Source: Escherichia phage slur14
Length of the DNA: 64,000 bases
Direction: 5' to 3' (one strand)
Sequence record: NC_028448.1
In this document: positions 17,410-26,915 of the stretch, piece after piece
How positions within the stretch are numbered: position 1 is the first letter of the stretch
Layout of the letters: the number at the start of each line of letters is the position of its first letter
Made by a program: the position numbers and the translations under genes
The notes under the pieces: generated by a model
The model's database searches: none
What the model was told of the DNA's origin: nothing
Seen by the model: the letters and a program-made list of their open reading frames with translations, nothing else

Positions 17410-17688
17410 TCAAAATGTAATTTCTAACCAATCACCATCACGCTGATCACTATTAACTTTAAAGCTGAATCCTTCTTTTCTCAGCCAATCACCAATTTCT
17501 TCAGTAATCAATTTATCGCGAGCAGTACAATAATAATTAAAATGTGTTTTACCTTGTTCAGCTGCTTTATTAGCAAGTTCCGAAAAATCTTTAATAAAAC
17601 ACTCTAGCTTAAACTGTTTACTTTTGAATGCTTTTTCGCGTAATTGATTAGCAAAAGATTCATTTTCATAAAGATCATACTGTTCCAT
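17410..17688 (-). CDS. Hypothetical protein (24.2 position)
   Basis: 92 aa ORF, co-directional with rnlB. Confidence 0.5.
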   Translation of the reverse strand: MEQYDLYENESFANQLREKAFKSKQFKLECFIKDFSELANKAAEQGKTHFNYYCTARDKLITEEIGDWLRKEGFSFKVNSDQRDGDWLEITF

Positions 17689-17890
17689 TTTTCACCTTTT
17701 TATTAATATGTCTTTTTCTATAGACAACTTTTTCTCGAGTTTCAAATTTATTCTTAGCAGTCATAGCTCGAGCCCATAATACAGCCACTTCTTTTGCCTG
17801 TAAGTTCAATTCACGAGCAATTTCAATGAATGACTTTCCAGACTCATGGAGAGTAAACACCACAACCTCAGTTCTCATAATCAATCTCAT
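17675..17890 (-). CDS. Small putative helix-turn-helix protein (24.3 position)
   Basis: 71 aa ORF; HTH-like segment GKSFIEIARELNLQAKEVAVLWARA. Confidence 0.45.
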   Translation of the reverse strand: MRLIMRTEVVVFTLHESGKSFIEIARELNLQAKEVAVLWARAMTAKNKFETREKVVYRKRHINKKVKNGTV

Positions 17891-17944
17891 GTTATCGAGT
17901 TGGTGCCATTATATACATCATTTTCTGAGTGTGTTTTGTGTGCT

Positions 17945-17975
17945 TTCAAAATGAAGAAAGGGGCCGAAGCCCCTT
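17945..17975 (-). terminator. Rho-independent terminator downstream of hoc
   Basis: On minus strand GGGGC-TTCG-GCCCC hairpin followed by tttcttcatttt. Confidence 0.6.
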
Positions 17976-17979
17976 ATGA

Positions 17980-19974
17980 TTATGGATAGGTATAGATGAT
18001 ACCAGTTTCTAAAGCAGTTTTATGAATGATGTATCCATTACGCGATTCTTGGACATCAACTTCTGGATAGTCTTTCATCATCTTCTGAAGAGTGTAACGA
18101 TGCAGGTAGTATTTACTATCTGGATCTTCAGTTTTCCAATCTTTACCTTCTTCGGTCATTTTTTGGATTTCATCCATAACCCACCAACCGCACCAGATGT
18201 AAGCTGAAGTGCGATGTGGAAGAGGATGAACATAAGGCAATTCACCTTCTGGTTCTGGAGCAACTTTATCAGTTACCTGAACTTGACCTTCTGCTGTGAT
18301 AGTTTTGCTATCATAATCAGTAGCAGTAACAGTTGCAGTAACTTCAATAGTTTGACTTCCAATAGATGATGTATCAACAGTGTATACATTAGTTGACCCT
18401 TCTACTGGAGAAGAATCTTTCTTCCATGAATATTCGATTTGTGCTTCTTCTGGAGCATCCGTAACATTAGCAGTAAATGTAGCCGAAGCATCTTGCTGAA
18501 CGTTAATAGAAGGAGGAGTCAATGTAACCCGTGGATTCATTGTTTTCTTATTAACAGTCAATGATACTTCATTAGAAGTAACTTCCTTTTCATTGTAATT
18601 TTCTGCAGTTACTTGCGCTACACACTTAACTGTTTTAGCTCCAACTGTGGTAGGAGTATAGTTAAATGTAGTAGTAGTTTCTCCATCGACCAGAGAACCG
18701 TCAACATACCACTGATACGTAGCAGACGCTCCTGGTGGCTGTGAAGCCAAGGCAGCAGTAAATTGAACTGGGGTTCCAATTACTGCTGCAGCAGGATTAG
18801 CAGGAGTTACGGCTAACGTAGTTGTCTGTGTTTTCTTATTAACTGTTAATGATACTTCATTAGAAGTAACTGTTTTTGCGTCATAATCTGTTGCTGTTAC
18901 TTGCGCTACGCATTTAATTCTTTTTACTCCACTTGTAGTTGGAGTATAGCTAAATGTAGCAGAAGTCGCTTCACCAATTTGAGAATCATCTACATACCAC
19001 TGATACGTAGCAGATGCCCCATCAGGTTGAGAAGCTAAGGCAGCAGTAAATTCAACAGCTGTTCCGATTACTCCGGCAGCAGGATTAGCAGGAGTTACAG
19101 ATAGGGTAGTCGTTTGTGTTTTCTTGTTAACAGTCAAAGATACTTCATTCGAAGTAACTTCCTTTTCATTGTAATTTTCAGCAGTTACTTGGGCTACGCA
19201 TTTAATTCTTTTAACCCCACTTGTAGTTGGAGTGTAATTGAACGTAGCATTAGTTTCTCCACCAACTTGTGAATCATCTACATACCACTGATACGTAGCA
19301 GATGCTCCTAGCGGCTGCGAAGCTAAGGCAGCAGTAAATTGAACTGGGGTTCCAATTACTCCTGCTGGAGGACTATCAGGAGTTACTGCCAAAGTAGTTG
19401 TCTGCTCCTTTTTATTAACAGTCAGTGATACTTCATTAGAAGTAACGCTTAGTGCATCATAATCTGTCGCAGTTACTTGAGCCACACACTTAATTCTTTT
19501 TACCCCGCTTTCGGCAGGAGTGTAATTGAACGTAGCGTTAGTTGCTTCGTCTACAGGAGAACCGTCAACGTGCCATTGATACGTAGCGTTTGCACCTGAT
19601 GGCTGTGAAGCTAAGGCAGCGGTAAATTCAATTGGAGTTCCAATCACTCCAGCATCAGGGCTATCAGGAGTTACTGCCAACGTAGTTGACTGAGTTTTAT
19701 TTTTAACCGTGATAGTCGTAGTAATTTCTGCTGTTTCGGGACTACTATCGGCAACTTGATTTGTTGCAACAACTTTAATTGTTTTTGTTCCAGCAGGTCC
19801 TTTTAATACATAATTAAAAGTTGCTTCAGCTCCATCTTGTGGAACATCATCTACGCTCCAAGCATATGTAATAGGTCCATCTCCAGTTTGACCACTGGGT
19901 GTAGCAGTAAACTGCTGAGTCTGATCTATAACTCCAGTGGTGTTTTTAGGAGTTATATCAACTGTAAAAGTCAT
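17980..19974 (-). CDS. hoc: Highly immunogenic outer capsid protein Hoc, expanded Ig-like domain array
   Basis: 664 aa; N-terminal Ig-like domain, four near-identical ~96 aa repeats, a further Ig-like domain, and C-terminal capsid-binding segment ...YIWCGWWVMDEIQKMTEEGKDWKTEDPDSKYY as in T4 Hoc. Confidence 0.85.
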   Translation of the reverse strand: MTFTVDITPKNTTGVIDQTQQFTATPSGQTGDGPITYAWSVDDVPQDGAEATFNYVLKGPAGTKTIKVVATNQVADSSPETAEITTTITVKNKTQSTTLAVTPDSPDAGVIGTPIEFTAALASQPSGANATYQWHVDGSPVDEATNATFNYTPAESGVKRIKCVAQVTATDYDALSVTSNEVSLTVNKKEQTTTLAVTPDSPPAGVIGTPVQFTAALASQPLGASATYQWYVDDSQVGGETNATFNYTPTTSGVKRIKCVAQVTAENYNEKEVTSNEVSLTVNKKTQTTTLSVTPANPAAGVIGTAVEFTAALASQPDGASATYQWYVDDSQIGEATSATFSYTPTTSGVKRIKCVAQVTATDYDAKTVTSNEVSLTVNKKTQTTTLAVTPANPAAAVIGTPVQFTAALASQPPGASATYQWYVDGSLVDGETTTTFNYTPTTVGAKTVKCVAQVTAENYNEKEVTSNEVSLTVNKKTMNPRVTLTPPSINVQQDASATFTANVTDAPEEAQIEYSWKKDSSPVEGSTNVYTVDTSSIGSQTIEVTATVTATDYDSKTITAEGQVQVTDKVAPEPEGELPYVHPLPHRTSAYIWCGWWVMDEIQKMTEEGKDWKTEDPDSKYYLHRYTLQKMMKDYPEVDVQESRNGYIIHKTALETGIIYTYP
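18541..19692. repeat. Four tandem ~288-bp direct repeats inside hoc
   Basis: Unit boundaries at 18541, 18829, 19117, 19405 (recurring tgttttctt(a/g)ttaac motif); each unit encodes one Ig-like repeat. Confidence 0.8.
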
Positions 19975-19983
19975 AAGTTATCC

Positions 19984-20664
19984 TTATTTTAATGTTACGA
20001 AAGAAGAATTGCGTGTTTCACGAATTAAAACTGATCCGTCACGGTTAATGTAATAAATTAAGCTAAATAAAGTTTGGTGTGCTGACGCATGCTCAAAACT
20101 TGTTGGGTGAGATTTCCAATCCGGAGTTTCAGCTATCCATTGATAAATCCACCAAGGAACAGTGCAGAATCCTGGATTTTTTCCAATCAGCTGAAGATTC
20201 GGACTAAAGTTTTCCGGAAGAGTAAATACAGACGGCTTTTCAGATTCAATAATCTCAGCTACAGCCTGCTCGAATTTTTCTTCAACAAAAGGAGTATCTT
20301 CAATCAAAACATCGGTATTTTCAGGAATTTTATCCGTTTCTACTACTTCAATTTTAATGTCAGATTTAACCGGAGAATCAATCAGAAGTGCTGCTTCTGG
20401 ATTGACTTCTTCATCGTCATATTTTAACCCCTCTGCAGCATCAGCAGCATCAATTAAGTCTTTAATAGATAACCCATCAGTCTCTGGCATAGGTTCACTA
20501 GCGAGCTTCTGGAGGGCTTCTTCAATATCATTAACGATATTATCAAAAGATTTATTCTTTTTGACCTTTATACCAAACTGTTCAGCATATTCAGCTAATT
20601 TAGCTTTAGCTTCTTTATTATCATCAAGAGCCTTCAGCTCTGCAATATAATCTTTATCTATCAT
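19984..20664 (-). CDS. inh: Inhibitor of prohead protease
   Basis: 226 aa ORF immediately downstream of hoc; size and position as T4 inh. Confidence 0.75.
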   Translation of the reverse strand: MIDKDYIAELKALDDNKEAKAKLAEYAEQFGIKVKKNKSFDNIVNDIEEALQKLASEPMPETDGLSIKDLIDAADAAEGLKYDDEEVNPEAALLIDSPVKSDIKIEVVETDKIPENTDVLIEDTPFVEEKFEQAVAEIIESEKPSVFTLPENFSPNLQLIGKNPGFCTVPWWIYQWIAETPDWKSHPTSFEHASAHQTLFSLIYYINRDGSVLIRETRNSSFVTLK

Positions 20665-20677
20665 AATATTTCCTCAG

Positions 20678-20685
20678 TATAAATA
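20678..20685 (+). promoter_or_regulatory. Late promoter motif TATAAATA upstream of uvsW
   Basis: Exact TATAAATA 30 nt upstream of uvsW ATG in the divergent inh/uvsW intergenic region. Confidence 0.45.
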
Positions 20686-20714
20686 TAGATATATTTATTA
20701 CATGGTATTTAGAC

Positions 20715-22226
20715 ATGACTGACATTAAAGTACATTTTTATGATTTTAGTCACGTGAGAATTGATTGTGAAGAAAGTACATTTCATGAACTCCGTGATTT
20801 CTTTAGCTTTGAAGCTGATGGGTATCGTTTTAATCCGAAGTACAGATATGGCCACTGGGATGGACGAATCCGTCTTTTAGATTATAATCGTCTTCTTCCA
20901 TTCGGCTTAGTCGGGCAAATTAAAAAGTTCTGTGATAACTTTGGCTATAAAGCCTGGATTGACCCACAAATTAATGAAAAAGAAGAATTATCAAGAAAAG
21001 ATTTTGATGAATGGCTTTCTAAATTAGAAATCTATTCAGGAAATAAAAGAATTGAACCACACTGGTATCAAAAAGATGCAGTGTTCGAAGGATTAGTTAA
21101 TCGTCGTAGAATTCTTAATCTTCCAACATCCGCTGGTAAATCGTTAATTCAAGCTTTGCTTGCGCGATATTATTTGGAAAATTATGAAGGTAAAATTCTT
21201 ATCATTGTTCCAACAACTGCTCTGACAACTCAGATGGCTGATGACTTCGTCGACTATCGTCTATTCAGTCATGCAATGATAAAGAAAATTGGTGGCGGAG
21301 CATCAAAAGATGATAAATATAAAAATGATGCACCAGTCGTTGTTGGTACATGGCAAACTGTAGTAAAACAACCGAAAGAATGGTTCTCACAGTTTGGAAT
21401 GATGATGAATGATGAATGCCATCTTGCTACAGGAAAAAGTATTTCATCTATCATATCAGGTTTAAATAACTGTATGTTTAAATTTGGTTTGTCTGGTTCA
21501 TTACGTGACGGCAAAGCCAATATCATGCAGTATGTTGGAATGTTTGGTGAAATATTTAAGCCAGTAACGACCTCTAAATTAATGGAAGATGGACAAGTAA
21601 CTGAGTTAAAAATTAATAGTATTTTTCTTCGCTATCCCGATGAGTTCACTACTAAATTAAAGGGAAAAACTTACCAAGAAGAAATAAAAATTATTACTGG
21701 GCTCAGTAAAAGAAATAAATGGATCGCTAAATTAGCTATTAAGCTTGCACAAAAAGATGAAAACGCTTTTGTCATGTTTAAACATGTATCGCATGGTAAA
21801 GCTATTTTCGATTTAATTAAAAATGAATACGATAAAGTTTATTACGTATCAGGGGAAGTTGATACCGAAACCCGCAATATAATGAAAACCTTAGCTGAAA
21901 ATGGTAAAGGAATAATTATAGTAGCTAGTTATGGTGTATTTTCTACTGGTATTTCAGTTAAAAATCTACATCACGTTGTTTTAGCGCACGGTGTTAAATC
22001 AAAAATCATTGTATTACAAACAATCGGTCGTGTATTACGTAAGCATGGTTCTAAGACAATAGCAACAGTCTGGGATCTTATAGATGACGCGGGCGTTAAG
22101 CCAAAATCTGCTAATACGAAAAAGAAATATGTTCATTTGAACTATCTTTTAAAACACGGCATTGATCGTATTCAGCGCTACGCAGATGAAAAATTTAATT
22201 ACGTAATGAAAACAGTTAATTTATAA
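20715..22226 (+). CDS. uvsW: UvsW RNA-DNA / DNA helicase
   Basis: 503 aa; SF2 helicase with Walker A LPTSAGKS; N-terminus MTDIKVHFYDFSHVRIDCEE as T4 UvsW. Confidence 0.9.
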   Translation: MTDIKVHFYDFSHVRIDCEESTFHELRDFFSFEADGYRFNPKYRYGHWDGRIRLLDYNRLLPFGLVGQIKKFCDNFGYKAWIDPQINEKEELSRKDFDEWLSKLEIYSGNKRIEPHWYQKDAVFEGLVNRRRILNLPTSAGKSLIQALLARYYLENYEGKILIIVPTTALTTQMADDFVDYRLFSHAMIKKIGGGASKDDKYKNDAPVVVGTWQTVVKQPKEWFSQFGMMMNDECHLATGKSISSIISGLNNCMFKFGLSGSLRDGKANIMQYVGMFGEIFKPVTTSKLMEDGQVTELKINSIFLRYPDEFTTKLKGKTYQEEIKIITGLSKRNKWIAKLAIKLAQKDENAFVMFKHVSHGKAIFDLIKNEYDKVYYVSGEVDTETRNIMKTLAENGKGIIIVASYGVFSTGISVKNLHHVVLAHGVKSKIIVLQTIGRVLRKHGSKTIATVWDLIDDAGVKPKSANTKKKYVHLNYLLKHGIDRIQRYADEKFNYVMKTVNL

Positions 22227-22239
22227 GGGCTTCGGCCCT

Positions 22240-22482
22240 TTGGAGAAAAAGATGTTACTAGGATTTAAACAATTTCTTTATGAAGCTTCTATTGATGAAT
22301 TTATGGGTAAAATTGCCTCTTGTCAAACATTAGAAGGTTTAGAAGAACTTGAAGCTTATTATAAGAAAAGAGTCAAAGAAACTGAATTAAAAGATACTGA
22401 TGACATCTCTGTAAGAGATGCTTTGGCAGGAAAAAGAGCTGAATTAGAAGATTCAGACGATGAAGTAGAAGAAAGCTTTTAA
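22240..22482 (+). CDS. uvsW.1: UvsW.1 small acidic protein
   Basis: 80-codon ORF (alternative in-frame start MLLGF at 22252); directly follows uvsW. Confidence 0.6.
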   Translation: MEKKMLLGFKQFLYEASIDEFMGKIASCQTLEGLEELEAYYKKRVKETELKDTDDISVRDALAGKRAELEDSDDEVEESF

Positions 22483-22537
22483 ATTAAAAAAGGCCCAACC
22501 AAAAAGGAAGGGCCAAAACTATAGACTAAAGGTCACA

Positions 22538-22705
22538 CTATAGCAAAAGTTGTGTTTCATTTAATTGTTCTTCCGAACTTTCTGAAACTGGTAGTTCTTT
22601 AATGTAATTATAGCAAGGCCCAGGATGTACAGGACCTTTGTCTGTTTCAACAACCAATGCAGAATCGATTGGAGTTTTACAGACAACACAAATCTTATCT
22701 GACAT
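22538..22705 (-). CDS. Small Cys-rich protein, 55 aa (below ORF-track size cutoff)
   Basis: Hand translation MSDKICVVCKTPIDSALVVETDKGPVHPGPCYNYIKELPVSESSEEQLNETQLLL; RBS gaggagacaatc before ATG; CxxC ... PxC pattern. Confidence 0.5.
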   Translation of the reverse strand: MSDKICVVCKTPIDSALVVETDKGPVHPGPCYNYIKELPVSESSEEQLNETQLLL

Positions 22706-22733
22706 GATTGTCTCCTCTGAATTATATATCTAT

Positions 22734-22958
22734 TTATACAACTCTCATATGCATATCAATGCCCATATCTTTAGAATAAAAATATTCATCAAGATATCCG
22801 GCAAATTTTCCTTTAATATAAAGGACATCTTCACCACACGGGTGGTCGGCCAGGATACGAATATCCTGACGCTTAAGATTATGCTTTTTCATTAAGAATT
22901 GAATTTCCGTTTCAAATTCTTCTTCATAATTAAAAGCATCATCAATGCTATATCTCAT
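22734..22958 (-). CDS. Hypothetical protein (uvsY.-1 position)
   Basis: 74 aa ORF; start overlaps uvsY stop. Confidence 0.5.
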   Translation of the reverse strand: MRYSIDDAFNYEEEFETEIQFLMKKHNLKRQDIRILADHPCGEDVLYIKGKFAGYLDEYFYSKDMGIDMHMRVV

Positions 22959-23371
22959 TATTTTCCAGCCTCAAATGCTCGCATGTCTTGAATATGCTTA
23001 ATAGCAAATCCGCGTGATTTAATAGCATCAAGAGCTCCGCTACAGAAATCCAATAAAATTCCCCAATATTGCAATGAAGTATCAACCTTTAAAACATCCT
23101 TATCAGCTGATAGAACTGTCTTCATTTCTGATTTCTCGTAACGATCCATACTAAATTCATCACCATCTCCTCGTCCCGAGTAGTAGTCTAATCTAGCTTT
23201 AAGAGCAACTTTTTTCTGTGCGTCAATTCTAAGCATTTCCTTTTTAATACTTGAATGCTTATTAAGCCATTTACTATATAACATCACATTATTAGCTGCT
23301 TCATACTGTAATTTAGTCGAATCTATAAACACATCTTTCTTCAATTCTTCTTGAAGATCTTCTAATCTCAT
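22958..23371 (-). CDS. uvsY: UvsY recombination mediator
   Basis: 137 aa; matches T4 UvsY length and position. Confidence 0.85.
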   Translation of the reverse strand: MRLEDLQEELKKDVFIDSTKLQYEAANNVMLYSKWLNKHSSIKKEMLRIDAQKKVALKARLDYYSGRGDGDEFSMDRYEKSEMKTVLSADKDVLKVDTSLQYWGILLDFCSGALDAIKSRGFAIKHIQDMRAFEAGK

Positions 23372-23409
23372 ATTGTTCTCTATTCAATTGTTATTGGATG
23401 GACTTAGAT

Positions 23410-23440
23410 TCATTATACCACGTTTTAACGTGAAGCATTA
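23410..23440 (-). promoter_or_regulatory. Middle (MotA-dependent) promoter upstream of uvsY; corresponds to the oriF region of T4
   Basis: Minus strand reads aTGCTTCA-13 nt-TATAAT; MotA-box consensus TGCTT(T/C)A at about -30 and sigma70 -10. Confidence 0.55.
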
Positions 23441-23836
23441 TACCCTATTACTCGAAGCCAGTTGCAGTTTTATCTGCTCAATATCATCAGGGTTATCGAT
23501 GACCGAAAAGCGTATTTCTACTATCAGAGTATAATCATCATAAACTGGTATCACATTAACTGATAATTTATCAATACGTGGCTCATAGTTTCTTACTGCG
23601 CTTTCAATATTGCGCTCAACTGTGTCAGCAGTAAGAGGAGTCATATTTTCAAAAAGCTGGTCTGATAAATCACATCCAAATTCAGGGTCAAACGGTCTTG
23701 AACCTTTTCTTGTTGTAATAATTCCCAAAAGACTGTTTTTAATTGACCTTAATCCAAGTGATCTGGAAACATCTTTGTTCCAATCCATTTTCATTTCCGG
23801 GTCAATATCAGAATAAAGCTTATTAATATTTGCCAT
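23438..23836 (-). CDS. 25: Baseplate wedge / sheath initiator gp25
   Basis: 132 aa ORF; synteny. Confidence 0.85.
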   Translation of the reverse strand: MANINKLYSDIDPEMKMDWNKDVSRSLGLRSIKNSLLGIITTRKGSRPFDPEFGCDLSDQLFENMTPLTADTVERNIESAVRNYEPRIDKLSVNVIPVYDDYTLIVEIRFSVIDNPDDIEQIKLQLASSNRV

Positions 23837-24462
23837 TATAGTAACTCAAAGAACTCTTTGAGGCCTCTTATTACGTGAGCATGGGTTTTTCCACACTCTG
23901 GACACTTAATTGGAACAGCCAAATAAACGGTAGGTTTTAAAAGCATATCTTTTATAGCTACAATATCTGACTCTGTGATGATAGAATATAAATCTTCTAG
24001 TTCCTTTTCATTTAAGTCTTCAACTGGAATGCTTTCCCCGTTAGCATGAATCGTTTCTATGCATGATACTATCATATGGGCTATATTTTTATCATCAAAA
24101 ATTTTAGGGTATCGGAATTTAATTTTAATGTCACCCAGTGTATACCAGAGGTCTTCTGGTGCATCTATTTGTGTATGTAATAAATTTATATGGGTTGGTA
24201 TTTCAGTTCCACAGGTGCACTTCCAGGAGTTTTCGTGATTAACTTCACCGAGAGAATGCGCCCATAAATGAATCAACAATAGTTCTGATTCTTGGCGGTT
24301 TAAATCTTTTGCATTTGTGCAGTCTTTGATTAGCTTTTTAACAATTACTTCTACAGAACCATTATTTTTGGCAGTAATAAGTTCTAGATATTCTTTAAGC
24401 GTGAATGCGCGACAATTGATTATTTTAGAACCAACTCTCACATCAAATTTGTATTCATACAT
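23836..24462 (-). CDS. 26: Baseplate hub protein gp26
   Basis: 208 aa ORF; start precedes gp25 with ATGA-type overlap. Confidence 0.8.
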   Translation of the reverse strand: MYEYKFDVRVGSKIINCRAFTLKEYLELITAKNNGSVEVIVKKLIKDCTNAKDLNRQESELLLIHLWAHSLGEVNHENSWKCTCGTEIPTHINLLHTQIDAPEDLWYTLGDIKIKFRYPKIFDDKNIAHMIVSCIETIHANGESIPVEDLNEKELEDLYSIITESDIVAIKDMLLKPTVYLAVPIKCPECGKTHAHVIRGLKEFFELL

Positions 24463-24483
24463 ATTTAGCTCCTTTATTTATCA

Positions 24484-24491
24484 TATTTATA
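24484..24491 (-). promoter_or_regulatory. Late promoter motif TATAAATA for gene 26 (minus strand)
   Basis: Plus-strand tatttata; half of palindromic TATTTATAAATA in the divergent 26/51 intergenic region. Confidence 0.5.
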
Positions 24492-24495
24492 AATA
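24488..24495 (+). promoter_or_regulatory. Late promoter motif TATAAATA for gene 51 (plus strand)
   Basis: Exact TATAAATA 18 nt before gene 51 ATG; overlaps minus-strand copy. Confidence 0.5.
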
Positions 24496-24512
24496 GAATA
24501 AAAGGAGCATCT

Positions 24513-25262
24513 ATGGCAAACATTATTCGTTGTAAATTACCAGATGGTGTTCATCGTTTTAAACCATTTACGGTAGAAGATTATCGAGATTTTTTGTTAG
24601 TTCGAAACGATATAGAACATCGGTCACCACAAGAACAAAAAGAAATAATTGCTGATTTAATTGCTGATTATTTTGGAGACTATCCGAAGACTTGGCAACC
24701 ATTTATATTTTTGCAGGTATTTGTAGGGTCGATAGGTAAAACTAAAGTACCGGTCACATTTGTATGTCCAAAATGTAAAAAAGAAAAGACAGTTCCATTT
24801 GAAATATACCAAAAAGAATTAAAGGAACCTGTTTTTGATGTAGCTAATGTTAAAATTAAATTAAAGTTTCCTTCTGAGTTTTATGAAAATAAAGCAAAGA
24901 TGATTACTGAAAATATTCATTCTGTTCAAGTAGATGAAATGTGGTATGATTGGAATGAAATTAGCGAATCAAGTCAAATAGAATTTGTTGATGCCATCGA
25001 GATAGAAACATTAGAAAAAATTCTCGATGCAATGAATCCTATTAATTTAACATTGCATATGTCATGCTGTAATAAATATGTAAAAAAATACACTGATATA
25101 GTAGATGTGTTTAAGCTATTAGTTAACCCAGATGAAATATTTACTTTTTATCAAATCAATCACACGCTCGTAAAAAGTAATTATAGCTTAAATTCAATAA
25201 TGAAAATGATTCCTGCTGAGCGCGGATTCGTATTAAAACTGATTGAGAAGGATAAACAATAA
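24513..25262 (+). CDS. 51: Baseplate hub assembly catalyst gp51
   Basis: 249 aa ORF; synteny. Confidence 0.8.
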   Translation: MANIIRCKLPDGVHRFKPFTVEDYRDFLLVRNDIEHRSPQEQKEIIADLIADYFGDYPKTWQPFIFLQVFVGSIGKTKVPVTFVCPKCKKEKTVPFEIYQKELKEPVFDVANVKIKLKFPSEFYENKAKMITENIHSVQVDEMWYDWNEISESSQIEFVDAIEIETLEKILDAMNPINLTLHMSCCNKYVKKYTDIVDVFKLLVNPDEIFTFYQINHTLVKSNYSLNSIMKMIPAERGFVLKLIEKDKQ

Positions 25263-26437
25263 TGAGTATGTTGCAACGCCCCGGATATCCAAATCTCAGC
25301 GTTAAATTATTTGATAGCTACGACGCTTGGAGTAATAATAGATTTGTTGAATTAGCTGCTACTATTACCACATTAACTATGCGGGATTCTCTTTATGGCC
25401 GAAATGAAGGAATGCTGCAGTTTTATGATTCTAAAAATATCCATACAAAAATGGATGGAAATGAAATAATTCAGATTTCTGTAGCTAATGCAAACGATAT
25501 TAATAATGTTAAAACACGAATTTATGGATGTAAGCATTTTTCCGTGTCAGTAGATTCAAAAGGTGATAACATCATTGCTATTGAATTGGGAACTATTCAT
25601 TCTATAGAAAATCTTAAATTTGGTAGACCATTTTTCCCTGATGCAGGCGAATCTATAAAAGAAATGCTTGGTGTCATTTATCAGGACCGCACATTATTAA
25701 CTCCAGCAATAAATGCTATAAATGCTTATGTTCCTGATATTCCATGGACTAGCACATTTGAAAACTATTTGTCGTATGTTAGAGAAGTTGCTCTAGCTGT
25801 AGGAAGTGACAAATTTGTATTTGTGTGGCAAGACATCATGGGAGTTAACATGATGGACTATGATATGATGATAAATCAAGAACCGTATCCAATGATTGTC
25901 GGTGAGCCATCTTTAATAGGTCAATTCATCCAAGAATTAAAATATCCATTAGCATATGATTTCGTTTGGTTGACTAAATCGAATCCTCATAAACGCGACC
26001 CAATGAAAAACGCTACTATCTATGCTCATTCATTTTTAGATTCTTCATTGCCAATGATTACTACAGGAAAGGGAGAAAACTCTATTGTAGTGTCAAGGTC
26101 AGGTGCTTATTCTGAAATGACTTATAGGAATGGATATGAAGAAGCTATTCGTCTTCAAACTATGGCGCAATATGATGGCTATGCTAAATGTTCTACTGTC
26201 GGTAATTTTAACTTGACTCCTGGTGTTAAAATTATTTTTAATGATAGTAAAAACCAATTTAAAACAGAATTTTACGTTGATGAAGTTATCCATGAATTAT
26301 CCAATAATAATTCAGTAACTCATCTATATATGTTCACTAATGCAACGAAACTGGAAACAATAGACCCAGTTAAGGTTAAAAATGAATTTAAATCTGATAC
26401 TACCACTGAAGAAAGTAGTTCTTCCAATAAGCAATAA
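25262..26437 (+). CDS. 27: Baseplate hub subunit gp27
   Basis: 391 aa ORF; synteny. Confidence 0.85.
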   Translation: MSMLQRPGYPNLSVKLFDSYDAWSNNRFVELAATITTLTMRDSLYGRNEGMLQFYDSKNIHTKMDGNEIIQISVANANDINNVKTRIYGCKHFSVSVDSKGDNIIAIELGTIHSIENLKFGRPFFPDAGESIKEMLGVIYQDRTLLTPAINAINAYVPDIPWTSTFENYLSYVREVALAVGSDKFVFVWQDIMGVNMMDYDMMINQEPYPMIVGEPSLIGQFIQELKYPLAYDFVWLTKSNPHKRDPMKNATIYAHSFLDSSLPMITTGKGENSIVVSRSGAYSEMTYRNGYEEAIRLQTMAQYDGYAKCSTVGNFNLTPGVKIIFNDSKNQFKTEFYVDEVIHELSNNNSVTHLYMFTNATKLETIDPVKVKNEFKSDTTTEESSSSNKQ

Positions 26438-26915
26438 AGAAGTTTCTATTCCTAAAATGGGTCTTAAACATTATAATATTTTAAAAGATGTTAAAGGTCC
26501 TGATGAAAATTTAAAACTTCTTATTGATTCTATTTGTCCGAATTTATCACCGGCAGAAGTTGATTTCGTTTCTATTCATTTATTGGAATTTAATGGAAAG
26601 ATTAAATCTCGTAAAGAAATAGATGGCTATACTTATGACATAAATGATGTTTATGTATGCCAAAGATTAGAGTTTCAATACCAAGGAAATACATTTTATT
26701 TTAGACCTCCTGGAAAATTTGAACAATTTTTAACGGTGAGCGATATGTTATCCAAATGCTTGCTTAAGGTCAATGATGAAGTTAAAGAAATTAATTTTCT
26801 TGAGATGCCAGCATTCGTTTTAAAATGGGCAAATGATATTTTTACAACTTTAGCAATTCCTGGCCCTAATGGTCCAATAACTGGAATTGGCAATATTATT
26901 GGATTATTTGAATGA
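26382..26915 (+). CDS. 28: Baseplate hub distal subunit gp28
   Basis: 177 aa ORF; overlaps 3' end of gene 27 by 56 nt in another frame. Confidence 0.8.
   Translation: MNLNLILPLKKVVLPISNKEVSIPKMGLKHYNILKDVKGPDENLKLLIDSICPNLSPAEVDFVSIHLLEFNGKIKSRKEIDGYTYDINDVYVCQRLEFQYQGNTFYFRPPGKFEQFLTVSDMLSKCLLKVNDEVKEINFLEMPAFVLKWANDIFTTLAIPGPNGPITGIGNIIGLFE

Noticed and set aside
20089-20650. Two plus-strand ORFs of 112 and 97 aa
   Set aside because: Both lie antisense within inh; low-complexity translations, no start signals
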